Under the pieces are notes generated by a model, which had not been told where the DNA came from, ran no database searches, and was given only the letters and a program-made list of their open reading frames with translations. Both the position numbers and the translations under genes were made by a program. A stretch of DNA of 55,004 bases, counting the filler, from Sphacelaria rigidula (lineage: Eukaryota): NCBI GenBank assembly GCA_964200075.2. It is 4 parts of 4 records of this genome, joined end to end, with 100 filler letters (N's around TTAATTAATTAA, not from the genome) between each part and the next. Parts side by side here need not be neighbours in the genome. Positions count along the whole stretch, not along the records: positions 1 to 13,678 come from CAXNAA020002728.1; 3 more parts are not named here. One strand, 5' to 3'. Positions 1 through 12,777 of the stretch are shown in pieces (position 1 is the first letter of the stretch; the number at the start of each line of letters is the position of its first letter).

Positions 1-1899
1 ACACACTTATGAGCCTCTTCTTTCGTGCAACCAAATACCCCCCTCCCTATCGTAGGATGACTCCTACGCAGGTGACTAATCACGCGAGAAATTGCCCTTC
101 ACATGCTGTTTTACTGTAACATTGATACACACATAAAGCCCAGCGGTAAACAATGGTCGCCATCTTCACGCTGTAGACACACATCTTCAGTGGCGCCCGA
201 TAAACCCAGTAGGCAACGACTTGAAGTGTATACGCGATCGCCTGCTGACTAGTTGATTTACTTTTACATCTCCGGGTAACGCCTCGGTTTACTTTTGGTC
301 CACGACCTCGAAGAGAAAAACAGGCGTCGTTTTTCGGACGGGTCTGGGTTTTGAATCAAATGGCCCGCCATTATATTGTTAGCTGTATGGGTATGAGCCC
401 CTTTACTTACGTATGCGGCGGTGCTTTATGTTCTCCATTCAATTTACATGTACGCACTCAGAATTCAACCTCCCGCTTGGGCTGCTGACTCATCTTGAAG
501 CTCTTTCCAAAATTTTATCTTGTAGCATTTGTCCGGACTACTTCCTTTTTGCTCGATTGAGCGCATCTCTACGCATGATCGTGTAATGATGGCTCTGTTT
601 GATTGACGTTCGCTCCTGTTTTAGTTTCGTACGTGTTCCGCAATAGAAACATATTTTTTGCAAATGAGTACAGATGGGGATCACCCGATTCCACCGTTTT
701 TATACTAGTTTTTTTTTTTATACTAGTTTGTTTTGTAAAATGTGCGCTATTGATCAACATCTTCGCTGTTTCTCCCCAAAAGCGGTCCGCTCTCCGGAGT
801 GAGTTGATTGTCCCCACCCTGACCACATGCATTTCCGCATTTTGATTACCTCTGTACTGGCGCCTAACATGAGGGTGTCTCTCCTAGCGAGCATCATGAT
901 AGTTGGTTACTTTTCTGTCAAGTTATGTCCTTGTTATCACAAATCTAGCATGGTGATTGCGACGAGGTTGCACCATTTATTCGTGTTTAATACTTCAAAG
1001 CATATAAAGAAAATCGAATCCCTGAGCCGTTGCTACACCTCTCCTCCTGCAGTATGGTACCTTCCTGAAGAAGCCACAGATGATATAGTGCGACACAATA
1101 GTCCCGGTTGCAGAAGCGCCATGATACAAACAGAATAGTTTTGGCCATAGTGGTCGTCCACATGCGTGTCTCTACTGTACAAGTCGAGTACTAGAGCGAG
1201 CAATAATAATAGCATTTCGGTCATGCAAGTTACGATGTCTCGCTAGGTCATGCATGATATGACTTACCTTACTATAGGGTTACACATTTCACCATTCCAT
1301 TCGTGCACAAAGTTCGTTTTACTATCATGCCGATCTTCTTGCATCTTCTCATTGCCTGAATCAACCTCGTTACAATCTCATAGTTATGTCTGAAACAAGA
1401 GCAAGCTCACAGTACGTGGGAAAGTCCAACGCAGAACGATACACGACGAATGTCACGATATCTCGATCACAGCTTCAGGCCGATTCGATTTATTTTCCTT
1501 TCTTGGTGGGATTTACCTTAGCACTCAAAGGAGAGTGAACCCCAGGGTGCCAGCTGGATCGATTCTTGTAAAAAAACGGATCCAACCAGATGTAAAGAGG
1601 CATGTTTATGTATGCCGTCTCTTGACGGATTACACCGCCTTCACCCCTGATCACGGTACTAGCCAGTTCTCGCAATCAGCCCTCCGGGCGTAGTGTCGTT
1701 TTGAAACCGACGGCCCATCATCGTACTATCTCCATCACGCCACGCTTCGATCCGTAACATTTGTGTTCAAGGAGGTGCAAGGTTACTTCCGATAACGAAG
1801 ACTGTGTGTTTGTGAACAACAACTGTCTTGAAGTCTCCAAGCCTTAGTGAGGGAGGAAGCCCTTGGAGCAGTCTTTTGATCTTGTTCTGAGTCCAGGAG

Positions 1900-2600
1900 G
1901 GCTCCATAGACACCATGTTCCCGGTTTTTGTTACGACGAGAGCATTGTCGGGCAGGACCGGTGGCGGCCTACCCGCGGCAGCGGCAGCTTCGGCGTTTTG
2001 CCTGAACGCGAGCGAAGCAGCCGCAGCGTTCGTGGGTGCGGATGCAGATGGAAATTCTTATGAAGCCCGCAGGTCCCGGAGCCTAGGCGCCCTGTAGCGA
2101 TTGTAAATTGCCATGCTGCCACCAGTCGGCATGCCCGCGTTGGTATCGATGATGAAGGGTTAACCATCACTTCCAGGTCCGTCGTTTTTATCGCGAGACT
2201 CTTCAGTTCCGCTCGTTTGTTCCAGGTCGTTCAGACTGTCGTTGATGAGGATCTCGGGCTCGCGGTCACCGTGGGCGTGGGTGGAGCGTGCGTTCGCGAC
2301 GGTAATATTACGATCCAACATGGGGGGGAAAGCGTCCCTGATTGGGTCTGGGATGGAATCATCGGCAGCGCACGTGTCAATATTGGCTTTCGACACCCGC
2401 GCTCCCTCGCTACTTGATGGGCGCCTACCACGCGCTTGTCTTTGTCCTTCTGAAATTCAATGAGGGTGTCGACCATAGACCGCCGTAAACCGAAGAAGCG
2501 CCGGATGTACTCCGGCTTCGATTTGCTACCGATAAGAGCGCACGCGAAGGAGCCGGCGACATCCCTCACAAAGGCTGCACTCCTATAACTATTGATCAAT
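1900..2600 (-). pseudogene. Probable Helitron RepHel N-terminal (DUF6570-like) remnant
   Basis: RDVAGSFACALIGSKSKPEYIRRFFGLRRSMVDTLIEF resembles the hhG..P....hxVRR..V..AL.WL pattern. An acidic linker follows, and the frame has stops and frameshifts. Recognised by eye only. Confidence 0.42.
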
Positions 2601-5600
2601 TCGTGGAGAGGCGGTTTTTAGCGAATCCAACCAACGTTGGATGTGGTTCAAGCCCCGCACTACCGCGGAATCCAGTGTAACTGATCCGGGGTGTCGACGT
2701 GCGATTAAGCCAACTGGTCAATCGTTCTCCAGTTTAACTGAGATCCCGGAAAAAACGACAGCGATCGTACTTGTCTACTGTTTTTTGTCGTTGGAAAGGG
2801 CGCTATATAATTTTTTCCTCACCTAAGGGATAGAGTTTTCCCTGCTTCGCACGGTTGATCTATCCATTCAATCTGCCACGAGTTTTCCCCTGCACTGTAA
2901 TTTTGCAGGTTTTTCTCTTTTTACCTTCAGGCGTATGATGCACAGGCTCTATTTTTGTTCCGGCTCTTTCAGCCCTTGAATAAAGTTTGTATAGCCTTAT
3001 AGATAAGGCTGGGGGGATGTTACCCACAACGTGTTGTGTGTTTTCTCGACATGAAAAGGCGAGATATGACACGCGAGTAATCAACCCGCGTATTTAGCCT
3101 TGATACTCTTTCGTATCGGGTTCGGGAACCCTATTTCAGGAACATCTGCTGACAGTACATTTCAGTAGATTTTACCGGCGTTGGGCTACGTTTTAGAATG
3201 GTTGATATCACTTGATTTGCGTGTAAACCACGAGGATCAGAATTTCAGTGAGGCTGACAGTCCCGTGTGCACCTCGCGTGCACAGAAAGCGTTTTCGATT
3301 AAATCGGCACCACAGGCACCGATTTGGGGTCGATCAAGGCCGCACTTTGCCTAGGGCATGCATGTTACACCCTTGCCCGAGGGTTCTCGATATGTGTTGG
3401 GTTGGGGTGTAAGGGTCAGCTAGCCTCTTAATATGCTACAAGCCAACGTGTCGTGTAACAATTTTAAAGGTGAATGTGACCGCGTTTGGATAAGTTGGTC
3501 ACTCTCAATCATATCTTCAACTCTGAATCTCACAACAACATTGTTGTAGGAGCTGCGCGATTGGAAGTGGAGGCAGCGCCGAGCGAAACGAGGTCCGGCA
3601 GTTCTTCAATGCACGAAGGGTTCATGGCAAGAAACGAACGACACGCTCCAGTACGCTGCGATGACGAGCACCCGTATGATACCCAATTATCGCCGTGGAA
3701 GTCGAAAGAAGTCTCGGTCACCCGCGTACGTTGCGACCACGAGCGCACGCACGTTCGCTATTTGTCGACATGGAATCCGAGAGTAGTTCAGATCAACCAT
3801 ATGCTCATCTTGAAAGTGGCTCAGGTACTTCAACACCCCCTTCATATAGGACATGGACAGTGTCGGCACGCAAAAGCGAAGACAACGGAGAAAGCAGCAA
3901 TATAGCTGAACCATATTGAGGGTGTGCGAAGTGATTCGGAGAGCCGATTGCTGTGTGTGATGCCTTCAGCCTCCAAAAGTGCTTCCATTGAAGTTTCGAC
4001 AGTCAAGTCTGAGAAGGTAAGCCTCGCTCTGCTCGGAGGAGGTCGAATTGGGTTTGTTCTCAAGTGCGCCCAGACACAGGCGAAGTACAACGGCGCGAGC
4101 ACCAATGAAGCTCACACTTGTTGAGGGCGTCTCAAATGATGTTAGAGCGATGGGATGGTTTTCTCGCGCAGCGCGGCTTCGAGTCGATTCGGGGGGAGAA
4201 ATGCGCGGTTCGGAGCCTCGTAATGATGTCCGGAGGGACACCTTTTGAATGTAGGATCATTAGATGCCTTTGCAGCCTTTACGGCCTCCAAGGAATTCAA
4301 AAACTCCACCAGGCACAGCAAGGGCATGGAGTTTTTTGTAATCAATCGAGCGCCTTGTGCTGTTGATGATTCCTTCATTCCACGGCACGAGCCTCGCGAG
4401 CTATCACTTGGAAGGCGAGAAAATACGCGCATCTGTGACGCCCACAGCACGAAGTGACGTGTCATGTCTCGATTTGGGGGGATAGATTCAGTAGTGAGCG
4501 AAATTCATCAAATGGTCCCTTTTTTCGACCAGCGTTGTGTGCAAACATAGTCGATGGAGGCCGCAAGCCAGACTAGTCCGCGCAAAGAACAGTGGGCTGA
4601 CAAAACGTCATCGGGCACCACCGAGTCAGAGCGAAGGCCTACCCCGCTCTTGTTGCGAGATTTTTCGTTATTCGGGGTGCACTATGGTCAGGGTGTGTAC
4701 GTTCACCGCACCCGTTTGCAGATCTCACTGTTAAGCTTCTCGATAAGGTGTGATCTGGTATGACTTCATAAGACCCCTCCTCCACGAGATCGCCATCTTC
4801 ACCCGAAGTCGCTCCGCCATTCTGTCATACACACCCCCTCTCCTGTAGCGGGCGACACCCAACCTGGTCGATTTCGATTGATGTTATCATCATGATGACC
4901 CATCCACCCCCCTATATCCATCTGATGAACCTACACCAATGAGTAGCTCAACAGGTCGGGAGGTACCTCAACGTACAAGAAAATAAAGCTAAAAACAAAC
5001 CGACGACTCTGACAAACGGAGTAGCCACGACCAAACGGCGCATGCGAGTGCATGCACTCGTCAAGCACGTCCGGTACGCCCACGTACTCACACCGATTGT
5101 CCCTGAATGAAATGAGCCACGCCACCTGGTACGCGTCACAGTTATGCTAAGGTCGTCGAGGACGGTCGGTTTGGTCGCGTTTGCACCCACTCACTTCTTC
5201 TCATTCTATTGCCCTAATAATGATGCCAACATGCGGATGGAAGCTCGACAAATCATCCCTCACGAACGGAACCTGATCTCCTCCGTTTACCGTGGGTCTG
5301 TGAGCCCTCAAGGAAGGATCGAACATATACCTACTCGACAAAACCTTCTCTAGGGACATACAGAGCTCCAGTAGCACGTTGATGGTATCCACACGTGTGC
5401 TCGATATCTTCAACACGAGCGGATAGGAAACGAGTGGGTGGACAATACGATAAGTCTAGGCCTTCGGCTACAACATTTTGCATAGACCACCACGGAAAAA
5501 ATATATATGAAAAAACAATAAAAGACAAACCTCATCAGGCTACACACCAAAACTTGCAAAAAAGCTACCGCCTCGCAGACAGTCAAAATTTACGCGTGGA

Positions 5601-5797
5601 AAAATGTGGTTCAACACGCGGTATTCTCTGCGATGCAGAGAACCCTCCAATCCCTTCTACCCTCCCTACCGTCATGAAATATAAAGTGCGCACCTGTGCA
5701 TCTGTGCGCCAACAACCATCAATTAACAAACACAAACTGACCGTGGTTCAGTCACAGCTAAGCAGTTCGCCCTCACGACCCAGTCAAATACTCTCTT

Positions 5798-8700
5798 TTA
5801 CTGCTGGTGCTTCGCGTCGAATGTTTTCTACAGCCGGTCGAAACCGGAAGAGATGGACAGGCAGGGCAACGGCATACATGAAAGAAGACGGGAGACGGGA
5901 AGGAGGGCAGGTCAGCAAGTTTCGAGTACCGTTGTCTAGGCATTTACTCGAGAAATGGCTAGAAATCAGGTTCCCGTGGGTAACCAAAAAAACAATTTAC
6001 TGTAAAAAATAGGTGGGAGGAGGGGAGATGTTCTTATGACCTCGCATCCCATAGTCATCAGACCATTGACCAGGCTCGTCATCACCAAGCGCGAAGCGCT
6101 CCAATGTGTTCGGCGAGTCAAATGAAGGGTGCGCTGCATCCTACGAAGAGTACCAGCACTAGTATTGTTCGTCCCGAAGCGTACTAATTATCCTGCATAT
6201 CGACAAAGAGAGGCGCGGGGGGGAGGTGTGGGGGGCAAAAAATATTTAGCAGCTTCAAGTATCGCCGTAGTTCGTTGGTGTGCACGTGCACACTTCTGCC
6301 GACATGGGAGAGCAAGCGAACTACCTGTTATTTCATATCGTGCTCTGCTTTTAAAATCATGACAGGGTGCTACTTTACCGTGCCGTATGACACGAAATTT
6401 CCAAGTCCCAATACGACGCCCCTCAGCGTTGCTGCTGGATAGGCCATTGCCAAGTCTACCGTTGGACAGACTGCTGACGTGCAGTTTGTGCCAACGTGCG
6501 ATATTCGAGGAAAATCATGGTCGTTTCACGCCATCGCTATTTTGTCACCGCATCACACAAACCACAAAATCATACTCATCTCCTGAGTCGTCAATGTGAA
6601 TGTGTGACAACCTCGTCCGTGCGGAACTCCGTGCGGGACCCGTACCCACTAATTAAGTAGGAGTTTTCCTGGCGAAAAGCATACACAGGCATGAGTCAAC
6701 AGTACAGGGTTCCTCGTGTCTAGAAAAGCGCCATACCAAGTAGCCCCTGAGGGTTCTCCGACACTATCAACTATTTATTGGTTTCTCGACTTTTGTCCCC
6801 AATTTGTTCACCAAGGGCCCTGGAGTTTTTCTGGCGAAAAGCATACAGAGGCATAAGTCAACAGTACAGGGTTCCTCGTGTCTAGAAAAGCGCCATACCA
6901 AGTAGCCCCAGAAGGTTCTCCGACACAATCAACCATATATTGGTTTCTCGACTTTTGTTCCCAAGTTGTTCACCAAGGGCCCTCACAACAATCGGATAAA
7001 ACTCTGCCAGGAGCAGAGCAAGCGTCCAACAGTGGGTATGTTGATTGGTCACCGCGAGATCACGCGGTGCGATGGCCAATCGACATGCTTTTGGACGCTT
7101 GCTTTGCTCTTCGCTGCTTTCTTCAGCCGGGTAGGACACGGCCCGGACGGTGTAATCACGCACCTTAATCTCATCCATGAACGGCTCCGTCATGAGGTAC
7201 TGATCCTCCGTCACGTTCCACCCGTGAACGCAGATGGCCAGGTCCTTCGTCATGTGTCCCGCCTCAACCGTCTCTATCACAGCCTTCTCCATGTTCTTGG
7301 CGAACACCTACACACAAGGCGAGAAAAACAAAAGCAAAAAAAAAGGGAGTGCAGAAGCATTAGTAGTAAATCAACACATGAAAACAAAGAGCGAAACAAC
7401 AGCAAAGCTAGCAACACATTGAAATAACAGTCAGATATAAGTGAAAAATAGTCTCTCGAGAGACCTTTTGATGCGGACAAAAAACATCATGGGCATCTCC
7501 CCTTCCCGAGCGGAGAAATGCTACAGTGCCCTCTAATACTCTGGCCAAGCGTCGGATACACAACCAAAATGCAGCGCAACTCTTGCGGCGATGATGGATG
7601 CTCCAGAAGGAGTAAACCTCTCCCCCAGCAGTAGCCTCGATGATGGGGTGGTCCTGGCTTTTCCCGACGACACACGTTTTCTGTATTGCAGCTGTGTTTA
7701 TTTTTTTTGGGCATGCACCAGTCGTGTGCTCCGAAAAGGAACGGCCTCGGCGCACATTTCGCAACTGATTCCATTTCCGGTCACCGGCAGTCCAGTAGAA
7801 GAAGAAAAAATCCACCGCATACGGTTCCTTCGTTTTACGGGTCGTGATAAAATAACTGATTTTATTGTAAATCCCAACATCAACCATGCATCCACTTCCT
7901 ACGTGTTTCACGACTGAACGAAAAGAGACGGAAGGCGAAATAAAAAAAAGCAACATGCAACACGACTCTTGCAACCCAAAAAAAGGGCAACTCCTTCCCT
8001 ACCTCCCTCGAGCGGACGACACCCATTTTTTTTCCCCTTGCATGATTGATTCCCCCGTTTACTTTTCAGACAACACAAAAGACGTGAAATCAAGGACAAA
8101 ACACGAGGGAACAGCTCGTGCCGCACGCCGCGTCGTCGTAATTCAGCGTGACTTTATTTTTTTACTCTCATACTCACCCTTAGCGGTTTGTTGTCGTCGA
8201 GCTTGGCGCGGTGCTCGAGCCCTCTTGTCCAGGCGAATATGGAAGCGATTGGGTTGGTGGAGGTTTTGTTCCCCTTCTGGTACTCACGCCAGTGCCTCGT
8301 GACGGTCCCGTGCGCCGCCTCAGACTGTAGGAGCGACAAAAAAAAGCACAGCAGCCGGCCAGCGAGCAAGCGAGTCCGTTTCGTTCTAGTCGATCGTTAC
8401 ACTTTTCCAACTGTTGCCCCCCAGGGATCCTGCCACGGTCACTATCCACGTGATAGACGTACCGGAAGAGAAAAAAAAGACTGAAACACTCGCTCAAGAC
8501 AAGTCAAAGAAGAACAAAAGATGAAACAGACAGAGTAGTCGGTCGGCGAAAAACTTGAACACGGGCGAGGTAACCCAGGACAACGCTGTCCATTGTTGAG
8601 TTCGTGTTCATTTTTCACCACCTCAGCAGAAACGTGCCGATTTTCTGTCCGTCGACGGACAACCCCGCGAGTAGTCTTGGGGGGTGTACTCATGACCATT

Positions 8701-9303
8701 GATCTCGCATCCCTACAAGGCCGGGACGGAGCACGCCGGGTTTTCGCCGGACCAGGCTTGCACTCAAACCACCAAGCGCCAAGCGCCGTGGTGTGCTCGG
8801 CGAGTCGCATGAAGTTGAGCTGCATCCTGCTAAGACTGTTCGGCTCGACGCCTACTGACCATCTTGCATTTAGATGAAAGCCTATAATGAGTTGCTTCAT
8901 TTCCTGATATCGCCGATGCCAGAGTACATAGTCTTGGGGAATGCATTTTGCAGGCCAGTCAGTTGGGCCAGAAAGTAGAACGGATGTGAGAAACGGTTGC
9001 GCATTGGAATCCATCATCAGACCTTCCATGCTGGTTGTTCCAATATCCTTTTTTTTTGCCTGGTGATAGTCCCACGACATTTTGAAGTGGAGGACGGCTT
9101 CCGTCGACCCGTCGGCCATGAAACACAAGAGCGGGCTGATTGAGGCGAAACATATGCTCCATGAAGAAACGATCGGCAAACCGGAGCTCATGAACAACCA
9201 AAGAGTCTGCTGAGACAAATGGTGGCCAGTGGATGATGATCAACACCATCAGGATGAATAGCATGCAATATATGAGTATCTCCCCCCCACCCCCACCCCT
9301 GTG

Positions 9304-9338
<35 letters not shown>

Positions 9339-12300
9339 ATTGCTGCCTGCTGTTCGCACACGGTGACAGGGTGTTCAACTGGGTGGTTCGTAGCTGTGGT
9401 ACTCGCGTGGTCAGACCGCGGGTGCGGCCTGTTGCGAAAATCATTCAGACAGCGCATTCTACATTTACTAGTTATCTTGGAATAAAGTTTCCACAGCAAA
9501 GGGCGGTACAAAATGTGGCGGTTCAACGAAGTCATGAACCATGCGACCGTTTCGTTTTAGATCTTTTTTAGGTATTGTAGTACATTCGTTTAGATGACGT
9601 AGTACGCACGATGCTGAGGTATGAGATGTGCCGCCATGATTTGTCACAGTAATATACTGCAGCAAGGTGACTAGGTCATGAAGATTTTGCGGTATTGTGC
9701 ATTTACTCCAAGAGCTGGCACGAGTACGCCGCAAGTTGTACCGCACAGTTTGCACTTCATCGGTTGCTCAACTGGAGACCCATTACCATGCCGTTGAGTT
9801 GTGGATTAGAGGTAAGTTCATGGCCTCCTTCCTCGCAGCTCCGCCCTCGCTGTGGGGAAAAAGTGAACTTGTAGAGTCGCCCTAGACAGGCAGGTGACCG
9901 CTGGTACACTTTTTTCGCACTTGAACAGGCAGTGGGCAATGTTTATAAAGCCTTACGCGGTTTGTAACACCAGTTCCAGTATATAGCTGGGTTCGTGGCG
10001 TTTATGCAGCGCAACGCCAATGAGGTGAGAAACGTGTGCTTTATAATCTGGTCGATACCGTGCTCGCATCGTGAGGCTCCCTACAATATAACCTGTGTAA
10101 GTAGTCAAAGTAAGGCGGGGTCCCAAACATGTACGACTGACCCCCCGAACGTCTGCAATGCTGCCGCTATCGGGAGCACGCACACGGATTGAGAGCTTTC
10201 GCCGCCTGCACCCAGCCCTCAACCCGAGCCGTAACCGTAACAGTATGGTCGTGTCCTGCGAAATATTGCTGCCAGTCATGTTGACGTTTTCCAAGACTGG
10301 AGAGGTTCGAGTATTGAGTATTGAGTGTATTACGAGCACATTCCAGTGGTGTGCAACCTTTTTGCGTAGCACAACGACAGCCGAAACACGTTGTTTCTCG
10401 TCCACTCCGAAGCTGTTTGCGCCGTGCGATGGCTTTCACGATGGCTACGGACCGTGCAGGTGTACTCCAGGTGTTGCTATGTCCGTACGAGGCTTGTGGG
10501 GCAAACGCTGACAGTTTTCAATTTGACGGACATGGATTCAACAAAGTACATGAACAGGCATGAATTTAGCGCGCCCCATATAGTAACCATCACGGTAGTG
10601 GTACCTTGATGGTCTTGCCGTCGGGTGGGAGAGCTAAGTGAAAATGCTTCACGGATGATCACGATTCGTCTGCATTTCATCCTTGTCATCACTGTCCCAA
10701 TTTACATCGAAAGTGTAACAAGTGGTATAATACTATCATCAAGAGTAATGATATAAGGTAATCACAGCCATACACGTGACACCCGACACATTTGAAAAAA
10801 AAATGTCTTCGGGTTTCAACGCTACGTGAGGTTTGATTTCTTGGACGGCGACAAATATAATGTACCGTGATGTAACATGTGGTCCTTGAAGCAATGTCTC
10901 TTGAAATTTTTCAGATGTGACGAAAACCTAGCTTGTTTGTGCAAAATGTATAACGTGTCACGTAAATTCACAGGAACACGCCGAGTTCTTCTCACATCTA
11001 AAAGGTAAAACGCTACGTCAGGCTTCATTTGAAGGACCAAGCGTCTCATCACCTCACGTTACATGTATCCCGTCCAAAAAAATCACACCTCACGTAGCGT
11101 TGAATGACACGAAGTCACGTTTTTTCAAAGGTGTTGCGTGAACGTGTCACGTGTATAGCTGTGAAAATAACGAGGATGATGGGAATAACAGAAAGGATGG
11201 AAAAATGCATGGGCCATCATGATAACAACAGTGACATTCATAACTATTACTAATGGATACCTCCACGGTCTTGCCGTCTGGTGCGAGCAGCACACTGGTC
11301 ATAAGCCCCAATGATCCGTATCCCTGAGCCACGATGTCTGACTGTACGTCACCGTCGTAGTTCTTGCAAGCCCATACGAAGCCACCTTCCGTAGTAAAAC
11401 CACAAAAGGAGACACACAAGACACACAAGACACACAAGAAAAAAGTCAGGGATGGATGAAAGAGACAGGATGAACAACTGACACCAACAGATGCAATACA
11501 GGTGTTGTGGAACAAATGAACAGACAACACACGAGAAGATGTCACGTGGGGGAGGGGGGGGGGGGAGGGGGGGGGGAAAGGGGGGGAAAAAAGGAAAAAA
11601 AGGGGGAAAGGGGGAGAAAAAGGGAAAAATGAAGCTCGAAGGCGGAAGGTAGGGNNNNNNNNNNCAAAGGGAAAACAAAACGGGGCGAGGAGCGAGAGAG
11701 CGAAGATGAGAAGAAAGAGGAAGAGAGAAGGAAAAAAGAGAGTGAACGTGAGAGAAAAGAGACAACTCATCCTCGCAGGCGAAAGGTAGGGCGGGATTGG
11801 CGTACAGCAAACCATCTATTCTTCCCTGAATGTTACCCCTCTCCAACACAAGTCCCGGTACTGATTTTGACGAATCACCCTACACCAGACACCTTCTACG
11901 AGAGCCTCCCCAAAAAATATCACGAAAAAAGTGCTCATACGGCGCCTGATGTTGGGGATCAGGCTGCATGAAGCGCTTCAAATGGGCAACACTGGTGAGA
12001 ACGAACCCAAGCATGAGAATTCCCAGCTGCTCGTTGTGCTCGGCTTCTTCCATTACAATCAACGTCAAGATCTCGCCCCCCCAAACCATTCGATTTTGGG
12101 GGGGATGGGGTCATTCTAGGAAGTGTCACAAGCTAATCCGTTATGAATAATCTAGCCCCGGCCGTAAGTCGGACGTGTATTATCCATATAGATGAACACA
12201 ACGAAATGAAAAAAAACTGCATGAAGAAACCCTTTTCAGAATGAGGCATGAAGAGGTGCCAAGACATCAGCACAGTATGTTGCACGGTAGTATCAACAAG

Positions 12301-12777
12301 AAATAACCACCGACACACGTACGCGAGAAAAGACTGGTCATCAGGTCATAAAAACGAAAGATTGTGGAAGATCAATCCCCTTTTCTGCGTCCGCCGAGTT
12401 CACTCACTACACCCCAGACAAACAGGGTACAGTCAAAAAGTGTACCGCGTACAGTATGGAAAATGTTGTCCATTGCAATAGACGCGATTGTCGATACGTG
12501 ACGCAGTACACGTTGTTTCAACCATTACAATGTGGAGTCCACGGTGTCCCAATTACACACAAATAAAAAAATGAACAAATCCATAAACCAAAACATCAAG
12601 GCGAAGGGAAGGAAAGGGAAGGAAACGTTACTTGTACGTACCAGCGGACTTGAGGGACTGCGCCACCATGTCGTCGATCAGCCTGTGCGTGTACGTGATG
12701 CCACGGGCCTCGAATTGCTCTTGGTACTCATCCTCGTAGATCTCTTGGAAGATGTCTTTGAAGCGGCCGTCGTACAC
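5798..12777 (-). CDS. IDH: NADP-dependent isocitrate dehydrogenase (eukaryotic homodimeric type), 3' part. Exons 12777-12642, 11385-11261, 8324-8178, 7307-7164, 5827-5798; 5' exons lie outside this scaffold
   Basis: The five exons join in consistent phase through GT..AG introns. They give [122 protein letters not shown]. These are hallmark IDH1/IDH2 motifs. The short last exon is the least certain part. Confidence 0.96.
6660..6983. repeat. Tandem duplication, 2 x 162 bp, in the last IDH intron
   Basis: 6660-6821 and 6822-6983 align end to end (ggagtttt..ccaagggccct) with scattered substitutions. Confidence 0.95.
8679..8894 (+). repeat. Interspersed repeat family A (~215-235 bp); other copies at 6030-6150 (+, partial), 14291-14514 (-), 16358-16590 (-)
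   Basis: Shared core cgcatccctacaa.gccgggacggagcacgccgggtttt..ggcgagtcgcatgaag..gagctgcatcctgctaaga..cctacaatgagttg, found on two scaffolds. Confidence 0.9.
10762..11164. mobile_element. Foldback/MITE-like palindromic element in an IDH intron
   Basis: tcacagccatacacgtgacac pairs with gtgtcacgtgtatagctgtga. Inner arms ttcaacgctacgtgagg and cctcacgtagcgttgaa also pair. Confidence 0.8.
11915..12090 (+). repeat. Interspersed repeat family B; second copy at ~13410-13580
   Basis: Both copies share tcatac.gcgcctgatgt..tcaggctgcatgaagcgc..aacgaacccaagc.tg..tgtgctcggct. Confidence 0.85.

Noticed and set aside
3480..4470. Coding-like stretch, possibly a TE protein remnant
   Set aside because: No motif could be recognised in any frame, and there are several stops.
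8442..9218. 258-aa ORF
   Set aside because: It lies in an IDH intron, runs through a family A repeat and has no domain features.
11540..11780. Hydrophobic Phe/Pro-rich ORF upstream of an IDH exon
   Set aside because: Low-complexity, low-quality intronic sequence around an N gap. The same applies to 13265-13400.
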